A stretch of 64,000 bases of DNA from contig JBHLKM010000001.1 in assembly GCA_048886685.1 (NCBI GenBank), positions 96,001 to 160,000 of the forward strand, written 5' to 3'. The notes under the pieces were generated by a model. The model did not search any database. It saw nothing but the letters and a program-made list of their open reading frames with translations, and was not told the origin of the DNA. The translations under genes were made by a program, and so were the position numbers. Numbering within the stretch: the first letter of the stretch is position 1; the number at the start of each line of letters is the position of its first letter. The DNA is from Candidatus Hodarchaeota archaeon. GTDB lineage: Archaea > Asgardarchaeota > Lokiarchaeia > Sigyniarchaeales > SOKP01. This document shows positions 30,315 to 38,279 of the stretch, in pieces.

Positions 30315-31451
30315 TTAATATTTTGAAGGAGTCTTTGATTTAATCTTATGTTTTGGAATAGTTTTGATCTTTCTTATTTCTCTTTCAAAATCTCGCTTTT
30401 CATTTAGAAATCTTTGTTTATCTTTTTCTAGCTTTTCTCTTTCACGTTTAATAGTGTTTTTTTCGCTTTCCAATAATGTTTTTTCTTTTGCTAATTGTTT
30501 ATATTCATTATTTAGTTTTCTAAGCTTTTCTTCTAAATTCGGAATTTTATTGGTTAAAGAGTAATATGTATCTTCTGCTCGAGGAATTTTTCTTTCTAAT
30601 TCTTTATACCTTGCTTCTTGTTGTCGCTTTCTATTCTCCGAATCTCTTACTTCTCTTTCAACCTTATCCCTATAATTTTTTAAATCTGCTTTTTTCTTAT
30701 CAATTTCGCGGGCTTTAAGATCTAAATTTTGCTTTTCATATCGTGTTTTTTCTCTTTCTTCTTTTAGTTTTCTCTTTGCATCAGCTATTCGATTCTTTTC
30801 ATCAGTAATCTCCCTTTTTTTATTATTTACTTCTCTTTCCAAATTATCTCTTTCTCTAGTTAGATTTTTAATTTCATTTCTTAAATCCATTAATTTATCC
30901 TCTAAATCTTTGTTAGTTCTTTCTAAAGCACTTTCTCTTCTTTCCATGCCCGGAAGTTTAGTTTTAATTTCCTCTATGCGATTTTCTGTTCTTTCTCTTT
31001 CTCTCTCTAAATTACGCTTTTCTTTCCCTATTTCTTCACGTAATTTGTCTAATTTCTCTTGGAATTTCTCTAATTGAGCATTTTTTTCATCTAATTCTTC
31101 ATTTTTTCGTCTAAATTTATCTCTAAATTGCCTTTCTTTGATAGCTAATTCGTTCTTATTCTGTTCTAACTCATTTCTCGATTTTTTCAGCTCATTTCGT
31201 AAGTTATCCCTTCGTTCAAGAAGATTTTTAACTTCTAGTTCAATATCTTTTCTCTTCTTTTCGAGATCCTTTATATTATCATTGTAATTTTCAATTTGAT
31301 TAACAATTCTTTCCCATTCACTTTTTTCTTTATCTAAAGCAATTCTCTCCTTTTTTAATTTTTTTAACAGCTTTTTATCTGGGATCTCATCTATTTCTTC
31401 ATCTGGTGTTTTTTCTCGAATCTGATGTTTGGGAATAGGTTTTTCATTCAT
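30315..31451 (-). CDS. Long coiled-coil protein with matching terminal IPKHxIxxKTP motifs
   Basis: About 330 aa of E/K/R/L heptads; N-terminal IPKHQIREKTP and C-terminal IPKHKIKSKTP. Confidence 0.8.
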   Translation of the reverse strand: MNEKPIPKHQIREKTPDEEIDEIPDKKLLKKLKKERIALDKEKSEWERIVNQIENYNDNIKDLEKKRKDIELEVKNLLERRDNLRNELKKSRNELEQNKNELAIKERQFRDKFRRKNEELDEKNAQLEKFQEKLDKLREEIGKEKRNLERERERTENRIEEIKTKLPGMERRESALERTNKDLEDKLMDLRNEIKNLTRERDNLEREVNNKKREITDEKNRIADAKRKLKEEREKTRYEKQNLDLKAREIDKKKADLKNYRDKVEREVRDSENRKRQQEARYKELERKIPRAEDTYYSLTNKIPNLEEKLRKLNNEYKQLAKEKTLLESEKNTIKREREKLEKDKQRFLNEKRDFEREIRKIKTIPKHKIKSKTPSKY

Positions 31452-31667
31452 AAATGCTCATTTATTATCTAATTTTGCTAATAAATTCATATTAATCCTA
31501 ACTCTAAAGTGTTTTGTATTTGAAATTGTATTAATTAAATTTTTCTATGGGTAGAATCGATTTATATATTAATTATACCTTCTATTATTTCTATAAAGAA
31601 TATACAAAAAACAATTGACATAATCACTAAAATTAATTATTTTAATAAGAAAGTAGGTGTTGAAATA

Positions 31668-32051
31668 ATGGGTTATGATGATGAGTTTGATGAGGAATTT
31701 GATGAAGAATTAGACGAGGATTTAGATGAAGATTTAGAAGAACCTTCTACAAAGACTCCCGAAGAAGTAGTTGAATCCAAAACTCCCGCAGTTATTACTG
31801 AAGGCAAAAAGATTTCTGTATATTTCATGTCAACTATTGGACCTGGCGAAAAAAAACAGAAATTAAATGTAAATACGGGCAACAATGTTGGGGATGTTAA
31901 AGAAACGGTAGCAAACTTATTTGGATTAGATCCGGCTGATTTTCATTTATCATCGGGTGGAGTTACTATGGATGAGGGTTCATTTTTAAAAGATTATAAT
32001 ATAAGTGATGGCGATGACATATTATTAATTCCAGCAAGTACAGCTGGTTAA
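31668..32051 (+). CDS. Ubiquitin-like protein 1 with acidic N-terminal tail, C-terminus ...IPASTAG
   Basis: Beta-grasp pattern (V.DVK..VA..FG, L..GG, L.DYNI.DGD.I.L); AGGTG RBS; next to the E1/E2 genes. Confidence 0.88.
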   Translation: MGYDDEFDEEFDEELDEDLDEDLEEPSTKTPEEVVESKTPAVITEGKKISVYFMSTIGPGEKKQKLNVNTGNNVGDVKETVANLFGLDPADFHLSSGGVTMDEGSFLKDYNISDGDDILLIPASTAG

Positions 32052-32095
32052 AATTTTAGGAAATAGTAAATTGCTTTAAATATCATTTACTTTTT

Positions 32096-32890
32096 TTATC
32101 CTCTATCTTTTCTTGAGGGAATTAGAGCTATTTCATCATCATCTTCTAAATTAAAGTCTTTTATTTGTGAGGTTTCGTCTAATAATATCCCTCCTGAAGA
32201 GAGTAGAAAACTTTCTAGATTATAATCAAATAACCTTCCAATTTTTTCTTTGATAATACCAACTAATTCACTAGTATCTATTATTATTATTTTTGTTTTA
32301 TCACCTGCCTCAACTAATGATCTTATGTAAACACGGATTTGGTCTTCAGTATCAAAAGTGTTTATAATTGGTGGATAAGTAATGTTCTCATCAGTTATAT
32401 CTCTATTTCTCAACATATTTTCAATTAATGTTTTTCTCTCATTTGAGTCAAAATAAAGCATTTCCCGAATAAAAAAAATCTTGTCCATTTTTGATAAATT
32501 TAGTAGATTTATTTTATTTATTTCTTCTTGACTAAAAACTGAAAAAATGTACTTATCGATTATTGTCATATCCTTATAGGATTCATTGCTTTCAACATAT
32601 TCTTTAATTTGAGGCATTGCATCAATATATTCTTCAATTATTTCAGATGATTTCATTTTAATTGATTTTGGTTCAGGTAAATATTTTTTTTTCTTAAATT
32701 TATCATCCCAACTACCTTTAGAATGGATAACTGTATACACAGTACTAGTAGAAAGTACTGAAACACTACCTATTGATATAATAAAGAATAGGGAATAATT
32801 TTCTATATGAAATAGGAAAAAAGAGGCATAAATCAAAATACAAACTGTATAAAGAGCAATAACAATTAAAATTCTATTTTTTTTCCTCAT
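32096..32890 (-). CDS. 2-TM membrane protein with C-terminal ubiquitin-like domain
   Basis: Two N-terminal TM helices; C-terminal LSSGGILLDE..IKDFNLEDDDEIALIP clearly homologous to the flanking Ubls; ends in Gly. Confidence 0.8.
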   Translation of the reverse strand: MRKKNRILIVIALYTVCILIYASFFLFHIENYSLFFIISIGSVSVLSTSTVYTVIHSKGSWDDKFKKKKYLPEPKSIKMKSSEIIEEYIDAMPQIKEYVESNESYKDMTIIDKYIFSVFSQEEINKINLLNLSKMDKIFFIREMLYFDSNERKTLIENMLRNRDITDENITYPPIINTFDTEDQIRVYIRSLVEAGDKTKIIIIDTSELVGIIKEKIGRLFDYNLESFLLSSGGILLDETSQIKDFNLEDDDEIALIPSRKDRG

Positions 32891-32975
32891 GATTTTTTAA
32901 TTAGATTGTTTTCTGAATTTAAAATATATAATTTAAAATTTAAATGAGATTGGAATAAAATTGAAGTTTTTATCT

Positions 32976-33647
32976 TTAATCGCCTTGAATTAAATTTTTA
33001 ACCTTTATATAATTCTTTACATCAAATTTGAACAGTTTTCTTTTATTGTCTTTCTCAATATTTACTAATTTCAGATCTGTTAAGATACCTAAATATTTTT
33101 TAATTGTGTTATGATTTTTTTTCATCCCAGATGCAATTTCTGTAATTTTTAATGCTTTATTCTCTTGCCTCATAAAATCAATTATTTCTTGAAGAATTTG
33201 TTTCCGCAAATAATAGTATAGGTCATCATATTTAGGATTTGAATCAAATTTAAAGAAAATTCTATGATTGTTGATTTGCTTTGATCTTACGAATTGGAAT
33301 TTTTCTAAACATGATAAGTGCCATAAAGCTTGATTACTTCCGATTTGCAGAACTTTCATTATTTCATTAATATTTGATGGATTCTTTTTAATGTAATTAA
33401 AAATTTCATTTCTTTTAGGATGTTCTATAATGTTATTTTTCATTAATCTGGTACCAGGAAGAATAACTCTTCGTTTAATTAAATCTTTTAAGATAAGCTC
33501 TATTCTATTCTCGTTTATATTAGGATTATACCTTACCCTATTATTAATAAATGATATAATTTCTCTTAGGGAAAAGAAGGTCTTTTTCGCTAAATATTCT
33601 TCTACTAATTCAAGAACAACAGATTCAGCATTATCCAGAGAATTCAT
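32976..33647 (-). CDS. Tandem winged-helix transcriptional regulator
   Basis: R..IF.YIK.NP..INEI...WHL..LE and second HTH ITEIA...HNTIKKYL. Confidence 0.8.
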   Translation of the reverse strand: MNSLDNAESVVLELVEEYLAKKTFFSLREIISFINNRVRYNPNINENRIELILKDLIKRRVILPGTRLMKNNIIEHPKRNEIFNYIKKNPSNINEIMKVLQIGSNQALWHLSCLEKFQFVRSKQINNHRIFFKFDSNPKYDDLYYYLRKQILQEIIDFMRQENKALKITEIASGMKKNHNTIKKYLGILTDLKLVNIEKDNKRKLFKFDVKNYIKVKNLIQGD

Positions 33648-33921
33648 GAGCTTATAATTTTATTGTGTTAAAAATTTTGGTCTTGTAAATTTGTATTCTC
33701 TTTAAAGCAACATTTTATTGAATATATATAATAATAGGCATTCATACAATTTATAATATAATTTCTTATAAGTCTTAATTTGCTCCATCTCATTTTTGAT
33801 ATAACCGCAAAAAACTTCAAAATCATTCCAAAGGATTTTATATTATCTTTTTAATGCGATTTTATTAAGTTAATAAAAAATAACAAATAACAAAAAAAAA
33901 TAAAAAAAAGGAGTGTTTTAA

Positions 33922-34254
33922 ATGAGTTTTGATGAATTTGAGGAGGACTTAGGTGAGGAGGAACCTTTAAAATCTAAAACTCCCGCCACTAAAACCCCTT
34001 CCACAGGAAAAAAACTTACTTTATATTTCATGTCAACTATTGGTCCTGGTGAAAAGAAGGAAAAATTAACAGTAAATGACAGTAATCAAGTAAGAGATAT
34101 TAAGCGAACTTTAGGTAATCTATATGGACTTGATCCTAATGACTTTCATTTATCTTCAGGTGGAGTAACAATGGATGAAAATAGTTCTTTAAGAGACTAT
34201 AATGTAAACGATGGCGATGATATTCTTTTGATCCCTGCGAGTACTGCGGGGTAA
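33922..34254 (+). CDS. Ubiquitin-like protein 2 with acidic N-terminal tail, C-terminus ...IPASTAG
   Basis: 62/82 aa identical to Ubl1 over the folded domain (hand count); AGGAG RBS; first gene of the E1-E2-JAB-E3 run. Confidence 0.9.
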   Translation: MSFDEFEEDLGEEEPLKSKTPATKTPSTGKKLTLYFMSTIGPGEKKEKLTVNDSNQVRDIKRTLGNLYGLDPNDFHLSSGGVTMDENSSLRDYNVNDGDDILLIPASTAG

Positions 34255-34287
34255 ACTTATATAATTTTTTTCATAAAATATAATATG

Positions 34288-34313
34288 AGGGCTTTAAGCC
34301 CTTACCCTTTTTT
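34288..34313 (+). terminator. Hairpin plus T-tract between Ubl2 and E1
   Basis: AGGGCTT-T-AAGCCCT followed by a T6 run. Confidence 0.45.
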
Positions 34314-34333
34314 ATTTATTATTGGTGATAATA

Positions 34334-35557
34334 TTGAAAAAGAGTTCAGATTTTTTTAGTAAAGACCTAACATCGGAAGAAAGAAATTTATATGACCGAC
34401 AATTTAGACTTGAAGGATGGTCACAGAAACTAGTAAAAAATTCAAGAGTTTTAATGGTAGGGGTCGGGGGATTAGGGTGTGAAATTGCCAAGAACCTAGC
34501 AATGTTAGGTGTGGGCCATATAGATTTAGTAGATTTAGATATTATAGAACATTCAAATTTAAATCGTCAAATTTTATTCGCAGGTGCTAAGTTGGGAGAA
34601 CCTAAAGCGATAGTAGCAGCAAAAAAATTGATTGAAATTAATCCGAATATAATTATTAAAGGATATCATAGTTCCCTAGAAAGATTGGATCCAGCATTAT
34701 ATCAAGCTGCTGATGTCGTCGTAGGTGGTCTTGACTCCATGAACGCTCGGTTGAATTTAAATGCTCAATGTATAAGATTTAGAAAACCGTTAGTAGATGG
34801 AGGTGTATCAGGTTATCATGGTCACGTTTATACAGTTTTTCCTTACAAAAATGCGTGTTATGAATGCAATCCACTCCCAGTAGGAGAAAATGATGAGATG
34901 GCAGCATGTACAGTCGTAGGTGTGCCAAGAAAAAGAATCCATTGCGTTTTCAAAGGAGATATGGCCTTTAAGGAAGAATTTGACAGGGATCCTAATCCAA
35001 AGAATATTAGTGATATAAAATTTATTCAAAAAATTGCTAACGAACTAGTAGATAAACACAACTTTCCTCCTGAGTATACTGAAGATGATATAGTTAAAAT
35101 TATTGATAGGCATGATCCTGGAATTATAACCATCAATGCTGTCATTTCTGCATTACAATCACATGAAGTTGTAAAAATCCTTCATTGGAAAAAAGGTCAT
35201 AAGGGTTTAGGTGAACCAATTAAATCCTACGTTATTTTCAATGCTATAACAATGATGTTTTATCATATTGAAAAGAAAAGAAATCCAGAATGTTCTCAAT
35301 GCGGGAAAAATGTTCGAAGATTCGTAGTCAAGTTGAAAAGGAGTTCTCCATGTATTAATATAATAAAAACCTTAGAAAATTATGGCTTTAAATTAAACCC
35401 TGATCTGGAACCCGTTATAACATTACTGGATTTTAATGACGTCAAGATGATTGATTTAGAACAGAATCCAATTGACAATAATTTACGAAATTATGAATTT
35501 ATGACAATTGCAGGCTTTATAGAAGGAGAAATTTTTGTAACCTTAAAATTAAAATAA
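34334..35557 (+). CDS. Ubiquitin-like activating enzyme E1 (ThiF/UBA family, UBA2/UBA3-like)
   Basis: YDRQ, GVGGLGCE, D.D.IE.SNLNRQ, CYEC, catalytic ACTVVGVPRKRIHC, PGIITINAVIS, CSQC; TTG start 5 nt after GGTGA. Confidence 0.93.
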   Translation: MKKSSDFFSKDLTSEERNLYDRQFRLEGWSQKLVKNSRVLMVGVGGLGCEIAKNLAMLGVGHIDLVDLDIIEHSNLNRQILFAGAKLGEPKAIVAAKKLIEINPNIIIKGYHSSLERLDPALYQAADVVVGGLDSMNARLNLNAQCIRFRKPLVDGGVSGYHGHVYTVFPYKNACYECNPLPVGENDEMAACTVVGVPRKRIHCVFKGDMAFKEEFDRDPNPKNISDIKFIQKIANELVDKHNFPPEYTEDDIVKIIDRHDPGIITINAVISALQSHEVVKILHWKKGHKGLGEPIKSYVIFNAITMMFYHIEKKRNPECSQCGKNVRRFVVKLKRSSPCINIIKTLENYGFKLNPDLEPVITLLDFNDVKMIDLEQNPIDNNLRNYEFMTIAGFIEGEIFVTLKLK

Positions 35558-35666
35558 ACGGTTTAGCAAAAATGTATTTTATAAAAATTTAATGAAATAA
35601 TTAAAAATATAACTATAAATTTAGATATTTAAAGTAAATAATAAGAAAATCTAAAGGGTTGAGAGT

Positions 35667-36194
35667 ATGAGTATAAGAAGTAGTCGAATCTCACAAGATT
35701 TTGCTGGATTAAAAAAATTATATAAACAAGGAACAATTGTTCAGTTAAAACCATTTAATCCTCAAAGAAAGAGTATTGATCATTTAGCAATAACTATTAA
35801 AGGACCTAAGGGTACCGCTTATGCAGGTGGTCTTTTTAAATTAGAAATGAAATTCCCTGCTCAGTATCCTAGGCAACCACCTTTTGTTAGATTACATACT
35901 CCAATTTGGCATCCAAATTTCTGGGCAAAACCGAATGAATATAAAGGACAGAGAAATATTTGTTTAGCGTTAGTAGATCCATCTTTAGTTGGAAAAAAAG
36001 GTGGGTGGAGTCCATCAAAAACAGCTGTTACTGTCGTTCAGGCTATAATTGCGATGTTAAATACACGAGGCAAGTATGTAAATCCAACTGATGTTTTCAA
36101 TAAGAAAGCAGCGATAGAGATGATGAAAAATCAGAAGTTTTTTGAGAAAAAAGTGAAAAATCTCGTTAAAAAGTATGCTAATAAGAAGTGGTGA
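35667..36194 (+). CDS. Ubiquitin-conjugating enzyme E2 (UBC fold)
   Basis: GPKGTAYAGGLF, FP.QYP..PP, WHPN...ICL, WSP. Confidence 0.93.
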   Translation: MSIRSSRISQDFAGLKKLYKQGTIVQLKPFNPQRKSIDHLAITIKGPKGTAYAGGLFKLEMKFPAQYPRQPPFVRLHTPIWHPNFWAKPNEYKGQRNICLALVDPSLVGKKGGWSPSKTAVTVVQAIIAMLNTRGKYVNPTDVFNKKAAIEMMKNQKFFEKKVKNLVKKYANKKW

Positions 36195-37021
36195 AAAATA
36201 AAATGGGAGAAGAAAATTCACATATAGACTCTATTAAAGAAACAATAAAATTGAAAATTAAAGACATAATAAAGAAGGAGTTGTTAGAGGAAATTTATGA
36301 AGAATTAAAATTAGAAGAAAAAGAATTAGTTAATGAAATTAGTTCGATGATTTCTAAAAAAAGTCCTGAAAGACAAACGATTAAGCATTCAGCTACCATT
36401 CCCACCAAATCAGAGACAATAAAAGTAGAGGAAAAAAGTATTGATGAAGATAAAATAGAAAAAGAGGTATACATTTCTGTTAAAGCAATTCTAAAAGTGG
36501 CAAGTCATGCGCTTAAATATGCGAATCCTAAAATTCCTAGACAGAGTTGGGTAGAAGTAATAGGGTTACTTGCAGGAAAGGTAGATGATAAGAATGGCAT
36601 TTTACATATTGAGGATTACTATCCTATGGGTCATGGAACAGCAGTTTATGCCGAAATAAAAGATTATAGAAACTATGCTAGAGCTTTCCAAGATATTAAA
36701 AAACAAAAGTTATTTATCTGTGGTTGGGCTCATAGTCATCCTTCTTACGGATGCTTTATGTCTAGTGAAGATATTGGTACTCAATCAAGATATCAAAAAC
36801 TTTGGAACAAAGCTGTTGCCCTTGTTATCGATCCATACCTTATTGATGGAACATCAGCTGGTTTTGAGATTTATCGAGCGGATTTAACCACAAAGAGTTG
36901 GTACCCTTTAGTTTATGGCATTAAAGGGTCATTAGACATTCGCATGCTCCCAGAAATACTAAATTTTATGAATCCGATAATTGAAGGGAAAGCAATTTAT
37001 CTTGAATATGATGAAAATTGA
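36188..37021 (+). CDS. JAB/MPN+ metalloprotease, Rpn11/CSN5-like
   Basis: VYIS..A.LK..SHA, EVIGLL.G, GWAHSHPSYGCFMSSED, AVALVIDP. Confidence 0.92.
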   Translation: MVKNKMGEENSHIDSIKETIKLKIKDIIKKELLEEIYEELKLEEKELVNEISSMISKKSPERQTIKHSATIPTKSETIKVEEKSIDEDKIEKEVYISVKAILKVASHALKYANPKIPRQSWVEVIGLLAGKVDDKNGILHIEDYYPMGHGTAVYAEIKDYRNYARAFQDIKKQKLFICGWAHSHPSYGCFMSSEDIGTQSRYQKLWNKAVALVIDPYLIDGTSAGFEIYRADLTTKSWYPLVYGIKGSLDIRMLPEILNFMNPIIEGKAIYLEYDEN

Positions 37022-37050
37022 AACAGATAAATTTTGGTGATTCTTAAACT

Positions 37051-38256
37051 GTGGCAAAAATTAAATCTGTGGCAATTGTTTTGGTTATATTTCTATTAAT
37101 AGGCATAATACATGGTATTATTTCAGATTCATTAAATGTATTTGTAAGTTGGTTATTGATTGGAATCTGGTTGATATTTTCTTTTAAGGTTCTAAAAAAT
37201 ATTAAGCAGTATCGTGAATATAATTCACCTCATAATACTGCATTTTTTACAATTGCTCCTGTCTTTTTTGGAATTTTTTATTCAATCTGGGGAAATTTTA
37301 CAGGTTTATTAGGTGAAAATCTTCTAGAAGATACAGATTTATATTTAAGCTGGTGGAGTATTCTTTTTGGATTTCCATATATATTATATGGTTCTATTTC
37401 TCTGTATCGTTGTTTCAAAAAATTTAATGTGATTTATTTTGGAACTAAATCAGTAAATGCACGTAAATTTGGATACATTTTAGGCATCTCAATCCTATCT
37501 TTTATACTTATTTATTGGATAAGTTTTTATTCACTTATCGACTTCTATGATTCTTATTTAGTACCTCTTCACTTTTTAGTAGATCTAAATCTTTTAATCT
37601 TGCTTATCAGTACAATATTAATAATAATTATCCCGGGATTGTTTGGAGCCCAAACAAGATTACCCCAATTAACAAGAGATTATATAACACAAAGAACAAA
37701 TCGATTAAACCAATTAACCTCACCTACAAGCAATGGAACTCCTAGAAGATATAGAGAGAGCGTTCGGAAAACAACAAGAACATCTCCAACTCCCATAACC
37801 AGAACTGTTACGAGTAGATCAAGTTCAATTAGCCATTCTTCAAGAACAACACCCACAATGCACAGTCGATCTACAACTTCAAGGTCCAAAACAGCTACTC
37901 GAACTGTAAGCAGAGGTTCGGCAGGAACGCAAGTAAGAAGCAAACAAAGCACCAAAAAGATAAGTAATTTTAATCTGTATAAACCAAGAGCGGCACGTCT
38001 GTCAACAGAGGATTTTAAATGTATCTTTTGTTTTAAATTACCGAAATTTCCTGAAGATAGGGGAAGAGGAATAATTTTGTGTCCTAATTGTCGATATCCT
38101 GCTCATGCAGACGAATTTAAAGATTGGTTACGAAGTTCAAACCTCTGTTCTCGATGCAACGCGCCAATTCCAGCCAGTTACAGAAAAAATCCTAAAGTAT
38201 TGACTATCAAAAATTATATAGTCGTAGTCAAGCATTTTGTAAATAATAGGAAATAA
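37051..38256 (+). CDS. Multi-pass membrane protein with S/T/R-rich linker and C-terminal RING-variant (putative E3 ligase)
   Basis: About 6 TM segments; C-x2-C-x16-C-x2-C-x4-H-x2-E-x3-W-x6-C-x2-C at 38020-38157; last gene of the E1-E2-JAB run. Confidence 0.8.
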   Translation: MAKIKSVAIVLVIFLLIGIIHGIISDSLNVFVSWLLIGIWLIFSFKVLKNIKQYREYNSPHNTAFFTIAPVFFGIFYSIWGNFTGLLGENLLEDTDLYLSWWSILFGFPYILYGSISLYRCFKKFNVIYFGTKSVNARKFGYILGISILSFILIYWISFYSLIDFYDSYLVPLHFLVDLNLLILLISTILIIIIPGLFGAQTRLPQLTRDYITQRTNRLNQLTSPTSNGTPRRYRESVRKTTRTSPTPITRTVTSRSSSISHSSRTTPTMHSRSTTSRSKTATRTVSRGSAGTQVRSKQSTKKISNFNLYKPRAARLSTEDFKCIFCFKLPKFPEDRGRGIILCPNCRYPAHADEFKDWLRSSNLCSRCNAPIPASYRKNPKVLTIKNYIVVVKHFVNNRK

Positions 38257-38279
38257 GATTTAGGACAGTCCTAAATAGT

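Noticed and set aside
30315-31451. Coiled-coil protein as SMC/Rad50, ESCRT-III or intermediate filament
   Set aside because: No Walker motifs, hinge or family signature visible; only generic heptads can be supported.
31674-31745. GATGAR-like tandem repeat
   Set aside because: Simply encodes the D/E-rich tail of Ubl1; not a CRISPR or an independent repeat.
34334-35557. E1 as a MoeB/ThiF sulfur-transfer enzyme
   Set aside because: E2, JAB and RING neighbours and the CT..P..HC catalytic module favour protein conjugation; the Ubls lack GG.
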